Assembly: GCF_001194135.2 (NCBI RefSeq)
Contig: NC_068997.1
Span: 31,966,472 to 32,030,471, forward strand
DNA from: Octopus bimaculoides
Taxonomy: Eukaryota
Length of the DNA: 64,000 nucleotides
Reading direction: 5' to 3'
Position numbers and translations under genes: made by a program. Under the pieces are notes generated by a model. It saw only the letters and a list, made by a program, of their open reading frames with translations. It was not told where the DNA came from and did no database searches. Each line of letters opens with the position of its first letter. Positions within the stretch are counted from its first letter, which is position 1. Below, piece after piece: positions 27,074-38,616 of this stretch.

Positions 27074-28158
27074 GTAATGCATTAGAGTGGTATTGGTGAT
27101 GGCACTGGTTGTGAATGCAGTGATGATGGTACATGGTATTAATGTGCTAAGTGGCAATTGTGGTGGTGGTGATAATGACTGTGTGTGTGTGTGTGTGTGT
27201 GTGTGTGCATGTGTGTGCGCGTATGCATGCAGAAATGTAACTGGAATAGTTTTTACAAGTGACAAACTATATTAACAAGACATTTCTAAAGAGACTGTAT
27301 GCATGTGAGAGAGAGACCAAGAGAAAGACAGAGAAAGACAGAACAATGATGGCACCAGCAGGCCTTGTACATGGCTAATGAAAGCCAGCCAGGGGTATTA
27401 CAAAGATTTTAGAGATTATTACATCAGTGTATTATTGGTAATGTTGGCAGCACAGATGTCTTTACCATTATGCTCACAAGGTGATGCCTGTATGTGTGTG
27501 AGTGGGTGTGTGCATATGNNNNNNNNNNNNNNNNNNNNNNNNNNNNNNNNNNNNNNNNNNNNNNNNNNNNNNNNNNNNNNNNNNNNNNNNNNNNNNNNNN
27601 NNNNNNNNNNNNNNNNNNATACATATATATACATATATATATACATATATATAAATCTATAGATATTAATATAAATCTATATACATATATAAATATATAT
27701 ACACAAACACAATAAATACATATGTATATGAGATTTGTGTGCATCGTGGGTTTTCTTTGTATTCTCTTTTGCCAGTAAACAGTAATATGATAAAGGAATC
27801 CAGTTCAAACTCTACTTTAGGTGTACAAAGTCAGTCGATATATGTTCATGCATATGTGTTCATTACTTACTGTGGAGAGCAGGGGCGGGTTGGAGGGGGC
27901 AACGTTATATAACAAACAACAATATCACTTTTCATACATTTATTTTACTTTCAAGGGGCCTATATGCAACTGGCAGTATAGTATTATTAACACGTTATAA
28001 ATACGCACACATGAACATGCGCTCCCTCTCTTTCTCCTCTCACTCACTCACTCAAACACGTGTAGTAATAGCTAATAGCTCAACATGCTGCAATTTCCCT
28101 TAATATTAAGAAAGCAAGCTTGTATATTGCAAGGAAGAGATTAAAAAAAAAAACCATG

Positions 28159-28190
<32 letters not shown>

Positions 28191-28620
28191 TTAGGTTGTA
28201 ATCTTTTGACTACCCAACAAGAAAGCCATATTTGAAATATAGGTACATATTTGATATTAGTTTTCCAATATCTCTGCTGTAGAAGAGATGATTTAAAATT
28301 CTATAAAGCAAAGATTTGTATAACAAAAGAAAGACCCTACCTGCCCCACTGCCCGATCTGCTTAAGTTTGATGAATACGTTTATACATTAACTATATATG
28401 TATATAGCTCTACACACAACCATACTATGGGTGCATGTGTGCACATAAATATATAGTATCAGTATGTGTACATATATACATGTGCATCTCACTTTCTCTC
28501 TCTGGACGTTAAACGATGATGATGATGATGATGATGTGTGTGTGTATATATATATTATATATATATTATATATATGTGTGTGTGTATTTGGATATATGTA
28601 AATATATACGATGACAATGA

Positions 28621-28664
<44 letters not shown>

Positions 28665-29665
28665 ATATATTGTTGTGTCTGAAGAGAGTCATTCTCTTTT
28701 AGTGCCTTATTATTTAACACATGCTTCAACACACTAACTCACATAAANNNNNNNNNNNNNNNNNNNNNNNNNNNNNNNNNNNNNNNNNNNNNNNNNNNNN
28801 NNNNNNNNNNNNNNNNNNNNNNNNNNNNNNNNNNNNNNNNNNNNNNNNNNNNNNNNNNNNNNNNNNNNNNNNNNNNNNNNNNNNNNNNNNNNNNNNNNNN
28901 NNNNNNNNNNNNNNNNNNNNNNNNNNNNNNNNNNNNNNNNNNNNNNNNNNNNNNNNNNNNNNNNNNNNNNNNNNNNNNNNNNNNNNNNNNNNNNNNNNNN
29001 NNNNNNNNNNNNNNNNNNNNNNNNNNNNNNNNNNNNNNNNNNNNNNNNNNNNNNNNNNNNNNNNNNNNNNNNNNNNNNNNNNNNNNNNNNNNNNNNNNNN
29101 NNNNNNNNNNNNNNNNNNNNNNNNNNNNNNNNNNNNNNNNNNNNNNNNNNNNNNNNNNNNNNNNNNNNNNNNNNNNNNNNNNNNNNNNNNNNNNNNNNNN
29201 NNNNNNNNNNNNNNNNNNNNNNNNNNNNNNNNNNNNNNNNNNNNNNNNNNNNNNNNNNNNNNNNNNNNNNNNNNNNNNNNNNNNNNNNNNNNNNNNNNNN
29301 NNNNNNNNNNNNNNNNNNNNNNNNNNNNNNNNNNNNNNNNNNNNNNNNNNNNNNNNNNNNNNNNNNNNNNNNNNNNNNNNNNNNNNNNNNNNNNNNNNNN
29401 NNNNNNNNNNNNNNNNNNNNNNNNNNNNNNNNNNNNNNNNNNNNNNNNNNNNNNNNNNNNNNNNNNNNNNNNNNNNNNNNNNNNNNNNNNNNNNNNNNNN
29501 NNNNNNNNNNNNNNNNNNNNNNNNNNNNNNNNNNNNNNNNNNNNNNNNNNNNNNNNNNNNNNNNNNNNNNNNNNNNNNNNNNNNNNNNNNNNNNNNNNNN
29601 NNNNNNNNNNNNNNNNNNNNNNNNNNNNNNNNNNNNNNNNNNNNNNNNNNNNNNNNNNNNNNNNN

Positions 29666-29700
<35 letters not shown>

Positions 29701-29840
29701 CATTGCTTTACTGCTAGTCATTGCATTGTGCCCCTGTTGATGTATCTAAACTCAGCTCATGTCAGTCAGGTGAAATTAAAAACAAAAGCAATTAGCATTC
29801 TACACACTTTATTTGCAATGTTTGGCATTAAAAAAAATTC

Positions 29841-29998
29841 ATAGGTATGGCTGTGTGGTAAGACACTTGCTTCCCAACCACATGGTTCATTGTTTAGTTC
29901 CATTGCATAGCACCTTGGGCAAATTACTATTAAGGCCTCAGGCTGACCAAAGCCTTGTGAGTAGATTTTATCGATAGAAACTGCAAGAAGCTCATGGT
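29841..29998 (+). mobile_element. SINE family A head
   Basis: GGCTGTGTGGTAAGACACTTGCTTCCCAACCACATGG...ACCAAAGCCTTGTGAG. Confidence 0.8.
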
Positions 29999-30214
29999 AT
30001 GTGTGTTTATGGCCTTGTAATGCGACTATAGTCAAAGCACTTGAATATCACAGGCTTTGTTTATTAAACTATTGATGGGTACTGCAGAGAGAAGAGGAGA
30101 AAAAGAGAAAGAGGCAGACACATAGTCTGACCATCTGTAAATAGCTACAGTACTTCATACTACAAATAGGTGTACCTTGAACAATCACATTCTATATAGC
30201 TGCAATTAGGTACT

Positions 30215-30440
30215 GATGCTAGTGCCATGTAAAAAGCACTGGTGATGGTGCTACGCAAAGAAGCATCTGTAAAGTAGTTGGCATTAGGAATGGCATCCAG
30301 CTGTAGAAGCCATGTCAAAACAGACTATGGACTCTGGTGTGGCTCCTGGCCTTGCCAGTTCCGGTCAAGCCATCTAACTCATGCCAGCATGGAAAATGGA
30401 TGTTAGATGATGATGATGATGGTGATGATGATGATGATGA
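30215..30440. mobile_element. Family E retroposon end, about 180 nt downstream of the Smad4-binding exon donor
   Basis: GGCATTAGGAATGGCATCCAGC...CCATGCCAGCATGGAAAATGGATGTTAGATGATGATG. Confidence 0.7.
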
Positions 30441-30618
30441 TGAAAGAAATATTACAAGTAAAACTAGGGATACAGCTCTACATAGGTTCTATGGATTGAA
30501 GCAATGTGCAAATGTCCAAACCTACAGAATCCCTCAGAGCCATGTGATATGGTAAGGAAAAAAAACATCATTACTAGACTAGAATAAATAAATGTCAATG
30601 AGACAAGCAAATACTTAC

Positions 30619-30912
30619 CTGTTTTCGTTTTGTCTTACATCCATCAAACTTGTTCTTTATCTGATCAATGATGTCTTGGCATTTTTCTAGATTTTCTTGA
30701 TCTTTGGCAAGCATCAAATAGTTCCGCCAATGCGCAGAATCAAACCCCCAATGGCATATACGGTTCTCCATTGGGGTGTGTGAGTGACAAACAAATTGTT
30801 GTGGGTTAAAAAGTGCGTGGCATTCAGTGCAATAGATGCACTCAGCGTCCGGTGTATGATAGCGATCTGGTTGGATAATTCCTTTGCATTTGCCAAAACA
30901 TTCGTGATAGAC
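30619..30912 (-). CDS. SKI: Internal coding exon of a Ski/Sno-family co-repressor: SAND-like c-SKI Smad4-binding domain (98 aa, phase 0-0)
   Basis: Manual minus-strand translation: VYHECFGKCKGIIQPDRYHTPDAECIYCTECHALFNPQQFVCHSHTPMENRICHWGFDSAHWRNYLMLAKDQENLEKCQDIIDQIKNKFDGCKTKRKQ. It matches human SKI VYHECFGKCKG...CIQCLDC...KFVVHSH..ENRTCHWGFDSANWRAY as recalled. The C-x2-C/H-x-H zinc ligands and the CHWGFDS Trp are kept. HECFGKCKG is Ski/Sno-type, not SKOR-type (HECAWGCRG). Boundaries are tag|GTC and CAG|gtaagt; 294 nt; an in-frame TAG sits immediately upstream. Confidence 0.96.
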
Positions 30913-30914
30913 CT

Positions 30915-30918
30915 ATTT

Positions 30919-30955
<37 letters not shown>

Positions 30956-31336
30956 CAATGTTTGTATGCATAAATAAATATAGTGTATGTTTGGAAACAA
31001 GTTGAAGCAAATTCAATTAAGTTCAGCATCAGTTCAAGTTGGTAGTCAATTGGTTGGTTGGTTGTCCAAATGGATTGAAGAAGAATCCAGTTTCAAGAGG
31101 TGATGAGACACACCGAAGTGATGAAAAAGAAAAGAAAAAAAACAAAAACACAATGTTATTAATATGGAATTAACAGAATGATTTGTATATGTGATGGTGG
31201 ATAGAAGTGAAAGCAAAGAAAGGATATGATGAGATGGAGATGAAAAAGAGGAAAAGTGAAAAAAATGTGAAAGAAAGAAATGCAGATGAGGGAAGAGAAA
31301 GCAATATGAGTGAAATGAAATGATAACACATTAAAA
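30915..31336 (-). promoter_or_regulatory. 422-nt AG-exclusion zone with distant polypyrimidine tract and candidate distant branch point
   Basis: No CT on the plus strand (AG on the sense strand) between 30914 and 31337. Sense pyrimidine tract at about 31120-31325, ttttaat branch-like motif at about 31330-31336, A34 at 30922-30955. Confidence 0.7.
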
Positions 31337-31689
31337 CTTACATAAACTCCAGAACACCTAGTTCTAGCTAAAGCTACAGCATAATGCAAATAAATACAAA
31401 CATAAAAGGATAAACGTGTGAAATCCAAGTAAAGACTCAACACATTAACACACATACAACAAGCACTTTAACACAAACAACATACAGAAACAGTGACTAA
31501 TGTACAAACACATATAAACATAAACCCAATGTGAACAGACACAACAATGACAAAAATACACGCAAAAACAATTATCATATTTACCAGTATTGAAATGTAA
31601 CGGAGAACTAGTTATCTAGTTGTTGGTTAGAGTTATTATATTTATAACTGAGATGTTTGAGAAAAGACACCAACACTAATACATCCTTT

Positions 31690-31975
31690 ATCATTTACAC
31701 CACTAATACCCTCTGGAGAGGTACCAACATCACTACATTGTACCTGAACCATATTTACACCTCCCAAATTTATAACATGTAAACAGGTATGTAAATATCA
31801 CCACGTCCTCTTTTAGCCATGCTTCCACCACCCACATTACTAATCACCTTTGGACTGGGATAAATATCACTACATCATCTCGTTTGATTCATATCACTAA
31901 CTTTTGGATAGGTATGAACATCTAGTTTTGACCATATGTACACCACTCACATGTTTTGGACAGGTATGAACATGA
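31690..31975. repeat. Degenerate minisatellite, about 5 units of 50-70 bp
   Basis: Recurring TTTGGA(C/T)AGGTATGAACATCACTACAT...ACCATAT(T/G)TACACCACT. Confidence 0.65.
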
Positions 31976-33560
31976 AGTCCCTACCAAGAATCACTTCACT
32001 AAGAATCTCCAGAAAAGCAAAAACATCACCACAACACGTCAAAGCACAACCTAAATACGTCTAAGACTGAATCTGTATAAAAGATATAACAAAGAAGCCT
32101 GCATGTGGCAACTCAAACAGGTAAAATTACCTGAAAAATCTTATGTTCATCCTAATGACTTAAAAATAGACTAAGACTAGCTACCATAGACTGCTAGAGT
32201 ATAAATGCGTAAGTCTTTTTTTGTTTTTTGTTTTTTTTATTTTTTATCATATCAAAAGCTAAGTCTATTCAAAGTTTCACCTCAGGCTGGGTTGTTTACA
32301 ATGTGGGATAGAATAAATTTTTGGCAGTTTATACAAAGGTATGTTGACCTTGGAAGGATGTGTGTCAGTGGAGTGACGCTTTTGAAAACTAATTTTAAAA
32401 TGTAGAGATTGTAATGGAAAGATATTGTTATGGTGTTGGGAAGTATGAATGGGTTGGGATAATCCTTACCTCTATTCATTGTCACATTATCAACCAAATT
32501 AATTGAAATTATTAGAAGAATAGTTAAATTATTACAGATCACTTTTGTACTGGTTCACATACAAGGACTTCATTGATAGTCTTAAAAAGAAGTTAAAGAC
32601 ATTGTTCATGAATTAGTCTCACAAGTTTTTCCTATTATAGCCCTGGACTGACCAATGTCTTATGAGTGAATTTTTTTTAGACAAAAACTTGAAAGAAGCC
32701 CATCGCACGCACATGCATTCGTGTGTGTATGTGTGTGGGTATGTGTGCACTACTATCTCTTTGCCTTGATTTCATACGGCAGATGAAAATGAATATTACT
32801 GTTATGCAAGCAATATTATTTATTTCTAATCTTCTATGAAAATATGTCTGGTCAGGAAGAATAATAAATTACTTGGAAACAGATGAAGGTTGGTGACAGC
32901 AAAGACATCTGGTAGTAGAAAACTGGCCTTCAGATTCTATCCATCCCATGCACTCATGGAAAAGTGGATGTTAAATGGTGACATAACACACACACATGCA
33001 AATAGATACATATACTTGAAGTCTTACATCATAGATACACATTTATACATACACACTTTACTAGTTTGTTTAAAAATTAACACCAACTCAAATGCACACA
33101 CACACCAACATACACATATCTATATGCATACACACACGCATACATATAGAATGCTATGATATGTTCAATTAATCCTATAAATACTTCTATACCGATTTCT
33201 CACTGGAGTGGTACATAGAGTGACAAAAGGTGCTTATGGAGTGATGTGAGGGTATATGGAGTGTTGTGTGGTTATGTGAAGTGCACAGTTGTGAGCAATG
33301 GTATGTCACATGCAAAAGTATAGAGTGGTGGAGTACTTGTCAGTGTGTGAGATGGTGTAGTTGTGTTGGGCCGTGTGCAATAGAGTGGTACTGACAGATC
33401 AGAGTTATTGGTCAGAGCAGAACACTCTATTACCACCATCAACACCACACGTACCCACACTGACTTCAATGCCACTTCCAGTGATACCTGAAGTTGAAGG
33501 TACAAGGCCTTCTCATCCATCATTCACACTTGCTCCATATAAAAATTAAGACTTTTTACC

Positions 33561-33884
33561 TTTTATTCGTTTCAGTCATTAGATTGTGGTCATACTGGGG
33601 CACCGCCTTGAGCAGATTTAGTTGAATTAATCAACCCCAGGACTAATTTTCTTCTTAAGCTTGGGACTTATTCTATCATCTCTTTTGCTAAACTACTAAA
33701 TTACAGGGACATAAACACACACACGATGAGTTTTTTTCAATTTCCGTCAACCAAATCCGCTCACAAGGGTTTGGTCAGCCTGAAGGCTATAATAGAAGTC
33801 ACTTGCCCAAAGTGCCATGCAGTGGGAGTGAACCCAGAACCATGTGGTTGAGAAGCAAGCTTCTTACCATATAGCTATGCCTGT
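33561..33884 (-). mobile_element. SINE family A
   Basis: Reverse complement of the family A head and tail. Confidence 0.8.
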
Positions 33885-35804
33885 ACCTGTGCCTATATTC
33901 ACACAGCCACTCTTGTGCCTATGTATATATATATATATTTTTTATTAATGTTTCAGATGACCTCTACAGGAATGTGTGCATATGTGAAAACTGTGTTATT
34001 AACGGTCCATATGTTAGGAGTAGGACCAGGGTTTCTATCCAGTAACATATGGTAGAGGGTAATGGGGTCCAGAGTCTCCCTCTCTCTCTCCCTTGCACTT
34101 AGCAAGTGTATCTTCACCTGTGTTCTACAGTAAGAGTTACTGTCAATTACTGCTAGAAGTTGAAGGTAATTAGACCATCTTATACAACAATCCTCATCAT
34201 TATAGTTATCATCACCACCACCATTATTATTATTATTATTATTACTACTATTATTATTATTATTATGATTATTATTATTATTATTAATATTATAGTTGTC
34301 ATCATCATCATTATTGTCCAAGAAGAGCATTACCTGTGTTAATCTCACCAATCTCAGAAGGTTGCAAAAGACATGGACACAACCTCTTCCACTCCCCAAC
34401 CAAACCAATAAATATGTTTTTAATTATCATCATCATTGTTTTCATCATCCTTATCAACATATACTACAGCCTGGCAATCATTAATACACTACACCAGATG
34501 ACCGAACAATTTCTTCTCCACACTCCACTCAATGTTTCACCTTCATCCTTAATGTAAAATGACAAATGGTTGGCAGGCTTGATGCCATATGATATAATCA
34601 GTGCATGTGTGTGTGTGTTCTGATCTGATGCACCAGCTCGTCATCCCTCCAAGCTACAAAAGTAGCTCACTACTAAAGCTGATTGACATCTACCATGTCA
34701 CATTTAGAGATCTACTGTCAGCAGACCATATACAACTCTGTCATAAGCAGTAGCTTCTCCACTCTCACAATTATCTAATACACTACTGCCTTGCAGGGTC
34801 TTCACAATAAAAACTAGCTGAGATTCTACTACACCAATGAAGAAGAACCAAATCAATGCAGATATCTTACTTCACCATTCCTTATTGTATTTCAACAGAC
34901 AAACCAAATATTCTAGGTATTTCACCTCTAAGATTGCCTTGTATTCAAATTAAAAACCTTCCAAATAATTTTTAAACATTTTTGTTGTCACATTCTATAT
35001 ATACAACAAATTAATTAATTTGATATTACTAAATCCCTTATCATGATTATTTTCAAAAGTAATTGAATTACATATGCAGTATATTTCATTAGATTATATA
35101 TCTATGAATGAGTTAAACTCTGCAATCTGAGTTATACACTGCCAATCAACACTGACCTTTGACATTCTCTACTACAATTTTAACATTCTTTACAATGTCT
35201 TTCTCTCACTCTTTCTATTTCTCTCTCTCTCTCTCTCTCTCTCTNNNNNNNNNNNNNNNNNNNNNNNNNNNNNNNNNNNNNNNNNNNNNNNNNNNNNNNN
35301 NNNNNNNNNNNNNNNNNNNNNNNNNNNNNNNNNNNNNNNNNNNNNNNNNNNNNNNNNNNNNNNNNNNNNNNNNNNNNNNNNNNNNNNNNNNNNNNNNNNN
35401 NNNNNNNNNNNNNNNNNNNNNNNNNNNNNNNNNNNNNNNNNNNNNNNNNNNNNNNNNNNNNNNNNNNNNNNNNNNNNNNNNNNNNNNNNNNNNNNNNNNN
35501 NNNNNNNNNNNNNNNNNNNNNNNNNNNNNNNNNNNNNNNNNNNNNNNNNNNNNNNNTTTTTTTTTTTTTTTTTTTTTTTTCCCCAGGCAGAACATATCAA
35601 GTTCTACATTATCCAGTTGTTTTGAAGGTTTCTTTTAACCTTTAAATGGTTGGTTATGAATTTAGAGGAGGACTGCTATATCTAACATAGTGTCTCCCTT
35701 GTCCACTTTGGTTATTCTTCCTGTCATGTAGGATGTAAATCTATAAATGTCTTCCAAGCCCTAAGGGTTCTTTAGGAGTCAAATGCTTAGTTCATGACAT
35801 TAAG

Positions 35805-36142
35805 CAGGTTTCTCAAAATGGTTTCCAAGGAACTCCAAGGCACCACATAAATACTCTGGTGTTTCACAATATTAGGTGACTTTTTACTAAAAATTTTGAA
35901 AAATCTCATTTAAAAAATTGCTGTTTACTATTTTCAAAATGTTAAATTATATTTCTCTCTTTGAAACATTGTTTCTTTTATTTTTTATTTCATATCATAT
36001 TAAAATTAAGGTGCCAGGAGTTGTCCATAAAATGAAGATACAGGTTTTATGATTTTTGGAAAATCATATGGTGGCGGGGNNNNNNNNNNNNNNNNNNNNN
36101 GGGGGGGGGGGGTCTTCATCAAAATAAGTTTGGGAACAGCTG
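35805..36142. mobile_element. Probable hAT-type MITE (contains a small gap)
   Basis: Ends CAGGTTTCTCAAA and TTTGGGAACAGCTG resemble hAT TIRs. No TSD is recognisable. Confidence 0.45.
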
Positions 36143-37981
36143 CCCCAGAGGCTACCCTTAGTGTATGTCAGGTACAATTACCAGAAGATCTGGTAGTTAC
36201 ACCACTCAGCTGGGTGGGGTTAACAATACTGCCTAAATGCATAATAAAAGGTCAATGAAGAATTTGAACTCAAGCTTTGCTTGTGAGAATGGATGGTTCA
36301 ATATCATATATCATAGATTATTGAGTATTGTTTCTACCAAACATACATACAAAGAGGGGGGAGAGAAAAGTTCTGCTAGCACATACACACACAGACACAC
36401 ATACACAGACACACACAAAGAGGAAGTAGGGAGACTAAATGGAGGTTGAGAAAGAAATTCTATAAAAGAGAAGGCAGATAAATTGGTGGCAACAGAAGTC
36501 CCCAGTGAATACAGAGCAATAAAATAAAATAGCAAACTGAAGTAGGTATTAGAGTTGATATGGTCAATTAAAAACCCTTGAAAGTGGTACCCTGTTGCCA
36601 GCACAGTCCAATCAATGAGTAAAACCAATAAAAGAGTATAAGAGAAACAAAAGTTTATTATATACACACTCACACATGCAGTTCCATTTCATGTATGCAG
36701 TTAGTTTGGTGGATCCCATTACTCAGCAAAAGATGCAATTCATCAAACATATTTTTACACAGTTTCCATCTCAATTTCACTCGCATAGCTTGGGGCAACC
36801 CAAAATCATGATAGAATAGAAGACATTTTTCCAAGACGCTACAAAGTGGAATCAAATCTAAGCAAACATCCAACCCATTTGGCTAAACCCTTTTTTTTTT
36901 AATGTGTTTTTTTTTAAGACTTTGCATGAGCTTATTCCTCACACTGGAGACACTTGCAGCAGAACAGGCTCTACAAAAGGCACTCAAGAGCTACATGATG
37001 GTTAAACCAGACAACAAAGCCAAGGATAGCTACATTCTAGCAAAAAAAAAAACTCAACACAATTCCCATCTACCAAATTTCATAAGGATTGATAAGCTGA
37101 CCTCAAAACCATTGTAGAAGACACTTTCCAAAGGTACCAAAACCTAATACTATGAAGTGTAGTCTGAGGGAAATTTAACTGCTTTTTCTAGCAAATCAAG
37201 TAACTACCTAGAGTGGAAATTTCCAAACCGTGTGTCACAAGTATAAAGTGAAATCTGATGAATTTTCACAAATATTTTGGTTATAATTTGAGATCTGATT
37301 ATGCAAAGTATAATGATATGTGACTGGTGATACATGGCACCTTATTTAATTGTGTTTGTTGATTTTGTGTCGCTAATAAAACTTAATTTTCAGTGAAAAT
37401 TTTTTTTAAAAGGGGTCAAACCCTGGAAAGCTGTGACATAGTGGATCCTTTTTTGGATTCAGTAGTATTTATTGACATGAGAATTTTTGGGTAAATGTTA
37501 AGAAGTACATTAGATCACAGCTGGAAACAATTGGGTTTCACAGATGGGGTGGCACAGACATGTTTATTGATCTCATCACCAAAACATAATGAGAAAATAA
37601 TAATCAAGTGAGAGAACTCCCTCCCCCAATATTGGTGGCACACTCATGTTTTACAGTTGAGTGACTGGTTAACAGAATTGTAAAAGCACCTGTTCATTCG
37701 ACATAACATCATCATTTAACATCCGTGGTTTGACTGGAGCTAGTAAGGTCAGGGGCTGCACCAGGCTCCATTTGTCTGTTCTGGAATGGTTTTTATGGCT
37801 GGATGCACTTACTAATGCGAACTACTCTGCAGAGTGTACTAGGTGCTTTTTATGTGGCACCAGCATTGGTATCAATTCTACTCTGGCAGACAGGCCTTCT
37901 AGAATACAGCAAAGCACCAGATATTTCGGTCCTTTGTCGTCTCCTTCATGGCGGCGGTGGTGGTGGTCGTCGTGGTGGTAA

Positions 37982-38023
<42 letters not shown>

Positions 38024-38225
38024 CAGCAGCAGCAGTAGTAGTGTGCTCTAAAATATTTTCTTCATAAAAATGTTAAATGTGTGTGTATTTAGTGTGCATT
38101 ATTCATAAATAGTTAATTATATGTTATGTTATGATATATATATATATATATATATGAAATATGCATTATATATTGTATGCATATATCATATACATATCAT
38201 GTGTGTGTGTGTGTGTGTAGGTGTA

Positions 38226-38616
38226 TTTTACTTGTTTCAGTCATTAGACTGTGGCCATGCTGGAGCACCACCTTGAATCATGTTTAGTCAAATGGACTGA
38301 AATCAGTACTTATTTTTTTCAAAACCTTGTACTCATTTTATTGGTGTCTTTTTTCTGAACCACTAAATTACAGGGACATAAACACACCAACACCAGTCGT
38401 CAAACTGTGATGCTGAACAAAAGTAGAAACAAAGACACACACACACACACACACACACACACGGGCTCCTTTTCAATTTGTCTACAGATCTACTCACAAT
38501 GTTTTGGTTAGCCTGAAGTTATAGTTGAAGATACTTGCCTAAGGGGCCATACAGTGGGACTGAACCTAAAACCATGAGGTTAGGAAGCAAATCTCTTATA
38601 ACACAGTCACACCTGC
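38226..38616 (-). mobile_element. SINE family A
   Basis: Reverse complement of 53641-54034. Confidence 0.8.

Larger units (their letters stand above)
4147..30618 (-). other. SKI: Predicted GT-AG intron (26.5 kb) between the two Ski exons
   Basis: gtaagt at 30618-30613 and ttcag at 4151-4147, phases compatible. No other convincing exon was seen, but a small exon could hide in an N gap. Confidence 0.7.

Noticed and set aside
30714-31016. ORF-track entry MNLLQLV...KKKKKKKKKK...
   Set aside because: Wrong frame. It overlaps the true Ski exon and reads through the A34 tract.
30900-31020. Idea that the Ski exon continues upstream through an edited TAG or a mis-sized homopolymer
   Set aside because: Upstream frames give poly-Lys, early stops and no Ski-like sequence. 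An intron is the simpler reading.
33953-34408. ORF with a CAG|GTAATG donor and poly-Asn
   Set aside because: No acceptor, no Ski similarity, mostly (ATT)n.
36670-36873. Non-repetitive short ORFs (also 46501-46686) as candidate missing Ski exons
   Set aside because: No Dachshund-homology or other Ski motifs and no paired splice sites.
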